Source of the DNA: Pelomyxa schiedti
Taxonomy: Eukaryota; Protista; Evosea
Reading direction: 5' to 3'
NCBI GenBank assembly: GCA_020536535.1
Contig: JAHLWZ010000895.1
Span: 1-55,622, forward strand
Length of the DNA: 55,622 nt
Part shown: piece by piece, positions 51,743 to 55,622 of the stretch
Position numbering within the stretch: the first letter of the stretch is position 1
Layout: every line of letters starts with the position of its first letter
Position numbers and translations under genes: made by a program
The notes under the pieces: model-generated
Seen by the model: the letters and a program-made list of their open reading frames with translations, nothing else
What the model was told of the DNA's origin: nothing
Database searches by the model: none

Positions 51743-52381
51743 CCTCGTTTATCCTTAACAGAGAACAACAAAAAAGAACTCTTTATTGTCCCAACCTTTC
51801 TTGGAGGCGTTTTTTTCGTGTTTTGTGCTGAAGGAGGTGTTGGTCCTCATTAGGGTTTATCATGTATTAGCACTCGTCCCATTGGAAGGTTATGTGTGAT
51901 ACGCTCTGTCAAGAAGAATTATTTTTGTTAGTATTCCTATTTACAATGTATCTGCGTTGTAACGGCGGTGGCCATTAGAATGAACGCCCTGACCGTTCCA
52001 GTGAGTGCCTGATCTGGACCAAGTTATGTTCCGAGAAGAAGCGAGATGAAGTTATGAACTTGCTCTCTGACACATGGGCTACCCAGCTCTTCAGAAACAA
52101 GTCAGGTACTGATTAACCTCCCATGCACGAAATCCTCCACATCCACCTCACCCACATCCACAGCAGCAACTGTATCCTCATCAAACGAACCAGCGCTAAA
52201 ATGTTTTCGTGTCACAAGCTTGCTTATTTAGGCTTTCTGGGTGAAACGGGGTCCAAACGCATTGTTTTACTTACAACTACGTAGTTGCAGTAACTTTGAA
52301 AGAGTAATTTTGTTATTCTCCCAATTCTGTACACTATGCACGTGCCAATGAGAATTTTAGTTGCTACTGTTGGGTGCTTGG

Positions 52382-55212
52382 TCAGTCTCGTCCCGCCTGT
52401 GTGCTTTTGTTGGATTTGTAGATTCTATTGGAGTTGCTGGTCTTTTGTGTCCTGCCAAGGGATCTTCTGGGGATAACGATGTAGTTGTCACTCGCAGCCG
52501 CCGAGCTGGGGTTCGGAGTTTGCGGCGAACAGACGTAGGCTTCTGGGGGTGTTTTGACTGGTGTGGCTAAGACAAGGCGGTTGATATCCTTATTCTCATT
52601 GTCGTCGTCGTCATCGGAGTAAAGATCCTCGTTGCTGTCAGTATCATTTTGTACTGTGATCAGCAAATCAACAAATGGGCCTGAGATTTTGGGTGGGGAA
52701 TCTGGGGTTGGTGATAGCCCTTTGAGTGAGGCCAGGAATTCAGGGCGTATTCCCAGTGTGGGGCCATACAGGTCGACAAATGACTCTCTCCTCACTATGC
52801 CAAGCAGGCCTCCTAAATGAAGAGCTTTGATTTGATCGTCTGAAGGTAGTCCCTGCCGGGATACAACAATCATGACTGGTTTGAGGGAAGGAAAAGCTTC
52901 CACTACATGAAGGTGATTTTCCTCAAGTTTTGTTGTAGTTGTTTTTGTCTCCGAGAATTCGTCGGCATATTTCAGCTCAACTGCAGCAATTACACTTGGA
53001 TTCCTGTCATGGACAAACCTCCGAACAACATCAAACCTAGGCAGAGTGAATTCAGGTTACTTCTTGTTTTTATGTTGGATAACAGGCTCACCCTGGGTTC
53101 TCTTGGCCAGGCATAATAACTGAATGCTTCAATAGAGACTGTTTCTCTGAGAAATGGTGGCGGAAACGACGGTCATTGACTTGTGCCGGGTAGCTAACCA
53201 CCTCATCCTTCAGCCGCACCAAATTCTTTTCCCCAATAAACGTGGCGCCGCGGTAATGGCTCTGAAGAGTAGTTTTTTGGGAAGCACGTAAAATTCCAGT
53301 CATCACTTCCCAGCCATAGTGAAACTTCTCCAAGAGTCTACCAGCTGCTTTTCCTGGGGGCCAAACCACTCCAGTAATGAGGAAATTTCTTATTAGGTAT
53401 GCAATTTTCGCTAACTCCATAGAGCTTGTAGGTTCCTCCATCACAAGTTTAGCCCAGAGGTGTATATGCAAAGGGGCCATACGTGGAATGACAGTACCGC
53501 TTGATACTAGTGTGTTACAATAAACACCTTGTCGAATCAAATCTCGAACGGTTGTTTTATGGTCAGGATCGTCTCCCAGTTTTTCATCCAGGCTACATGG
53601 AGAACCAAGAAGAGCAGGCTTGATCCAGCAAAGGGGAGCACCTTCGACAAAAACTCTAAAGTAATTTTTTCAGTACAATTCACTTCACCCCAAACCAAAT
53701 ATGAAGGGGGAGGGGTGGTGGACAAGGAGATGGGAGCATACTTGAGGTGCGTCTCCATATTGTGTGAAATTGAGTTGTAGTCCAGTTTTTCCCTTTTGGC
53801 CAGCATATATATCATTTATTGTGTGGTAAAGATACTCCAAAGAGCGAGGATGTCCTCCACAATCCGATATTATGCATTGAACAGTAGCATTTGTCTTAAT
53901 TTCATTTGACATTGATTCGAACAGAGACACGGAGTCGTTTAACTTCAGTGCTGTAAGGGGAACCCAGTGAATAGTCCTTGTGGAGTTATTAATGCAGTTT
54001 GTCAAATTTGATGCACAACCTTCCTGATGAAGTCGCTATCATTTTAAAACAGGACGCATCTAGTGATGTCACCAGAGCAAAAACTCTCCACCCTTGCTCA
54101 TTTGTTCCATCATAGGTGTCAAGAAGTACACCAATTTCAACCAATATTTTCTGATAGTAATCCAATGTCTTCATAATTTCATCCACTCCCAGAAAGATGC
54201 ATTTTTTCCCAGTACTTCTAAGAATCACTTCTATTGCCCAAATGACTGGCACATTGTCTAACTTTGCACCCAGCCACTCTTCAAATTGTCGGTAATAAGC
54301 AGCTTCCACAAAGTGGCTGTTTCAAAAGTTAGTTGAACGGAAAGGAAAGGAAATAAGACATACGAGCAAAGGAGCCTTAAGACAAGTCCGCGACTTGCAG
54401 AAGTGCCAGACCAAGGGGTTACATTACCGAAAGATATGAGAACAGGAACCCATGATTGAACTAGCTCCGGGATTACGCGTCTACTGTCACACTGAATTGT
54501 AGAGGTGGTAGTAGTGCTAATTTCCCTGTTTTGAGCTACGGCACTACCCATATCATGGGATTCTTCACCGCTGTTGGCTTTGTGGGAAGCGACGAAGTCC
54601 CCCATGTACTGGGATATCTGAACCAGTAATCGTGACTTTCCTGTACCAGGTGCACCACACGCGGCACACAATGGATTCTTTTGCCGTTTATCAGTAAATG
54701 GAGAAGAGATGCAGTGTTCCATGTATCTATAAACAGAGGCAAGTGAGTCATCTCGGCCAACAAATTTGCTGAATGTTGTTGACACACCCTGAAAATGTGT
54801 TAGTTCAGCAAGGTTTTTTTGTGTGTGTGTTGTGTGTTGTGTGTGTAAAAACAGTCTCACAAGGTCCGATGAAGGGGGGCTTATTTTCTTCCACCGTGGT
54901 TTTTCTTCCAACAAACGTACTGATAGACTGCAACATTGACTCAGCACAGGTGGAATCAAATTGCACCGACTTGTCTAAGCTGACGGGGGTAGTAGTGCTC
55001 GATTTCTCCGCATTTGTCACCACAGCAAGAAGTTCGTCGACGTCTTTTCTCGATTGAATAGCACGGAGTATGTCCAACGTAAAAGCATCACGGTGGGCGA
55101 ATATCGCCATAGTCCACGTCAGTTTATCGGGCAGCGAGGAGACGAGTGCACTTGTTCGGTGCACCTCGTTGAGATACGGGTCGCTCTGCGGTGTCCGGTG
55201 TGTCTCGGTCAT
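52382..55212 (-). CDS. Crinkler/RHS-type (CR) protein: header + P-loop NTPase + restriction-endonuclease-like domain
   Basis: FVGR, Walker A CGAPGTGKSRLL, Walker B IFLGVDEI, LVTSLD, SGRTIHWVPL and DCGGHPRSLE. After splicing, NPGFD...AAVELKY forms a PD-(D/E)xK-like site, followed by FVDLYGPTL. Likely ATG (MTETH) at 55212. Confidence 0.8.
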
Positions 55213-55216
55213 CGGG

Positions 55217-55622
55217 CGGTACGGTTTGGCCACAACTAAGATCTGTTAAGATCTGCTGCCATGACAGGTCGTTTTCGCTCTCCTTTTCAGCCGCAAAAGT
55301 TGGCTTCTGTCCGTGCAAGGAAAAAACAATTCAATGTCATTCGAGGTCGATGGCAATATTTTGCAGCAAACACTTGGAGCTCTTAGAAATTGTTGCTGCG
55401 ATTGTACCAATGGGAGTGCTGTCCAGGTATTTCTATTTTGCAATACACCACTGACTTTTTTTTGTGTTCCCCTCCACTCTAGACCTTGATGGCACTAGAA
55501 ACGCAGTGTGGGAATCAGTGGGGAATGGTACTTCTTGTTGTTTTGCGGCTGAAAAGGAGAGCGAAAACGACCTGTCATGGCAGCAGATCTTAACAGATCT
55601 TAGTTGTGGCCAAACCGTACCG
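55217..55622. repeat. Perfect 82-bp inverted repeat (55217-55298 / 55541-55622) reaching the window end
   Basis: 55541-55622 is the exact reverse complement of 55217-55298, with a 242-bp spacer. Confidence 0.95.
55334..55527 (+). CDS. 5' fragment of a divergent gene, cut off by the inverted repeat
   Basis: ATG 55334 MSFEVDGNILQQTLGALRNCCCDCTNGSAVQ; GT-AG intron 55427-55482; exon TLMALETQCGNQWGM; next donor at 55528, with the repeat arm starting at 55541. Confidence 0.5.

Noticed and set aside
55217-55622. MITE or DNA transposon defined by terminal inverted repeats
   Set aside because: The outer end is not visible, no target-site duplication can be seen, and the spacer looks like ordinary spliced host gene.
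1-55622. tRNA, rRNA, CRISPR arrays, transposases or retroelement ORFs
   Set aside because: None recognisable by eye; a covariance-model search would be needed to exclude small ncRNAs.

Overview
Gene-dense eukaryotic DNA, not prokaryotic. Nearly all genes are split by very short (~35-55 nt) spliceosomal introns, so the ORF track shows only exon fragments. Gene content (Roco kinase, presenilin, Crinkler-type protein, tyrosine-kinase-like kinase) and intron style suggest an amoebozoan, possibly an archamoeba such as Pelomyxa; this is an inference only. Hand-splicing gives 12 genes: HERP-like UBL membrane protein (+), two secreted hypothetical proteins (-,+), a coiled-coil protein (+), an atypical TK-like kinase (-), an SR protein with RRM plus two zinc knuckles (-), an ankyrin-DHHC palmitoyltransferase (-), a Roco LRR-ROC-COR-kinase (+), EXD2 (-), presenilin (-), a ~24 kb VPS13 (+) and a Crinkler-like NTPase-REase (-). 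A truncated 13th gene is caught in a terminal inverted repeat. The main observation is the VPS13: its centre holds seven diverged ~1.85 kb tandem units with conserved intron positions, each apparently a 3-RBG super-repeat. This predicts a protein of roughly 5,500-6,000 aa forming an unusually long lipid-transfer bridge. Also notable are a neurofibromin-like helical segment inside the Roco protein and an RS2Z-type SR architecture usually described as plant-specific. Gene boundaries are manual predictions without transcript support.
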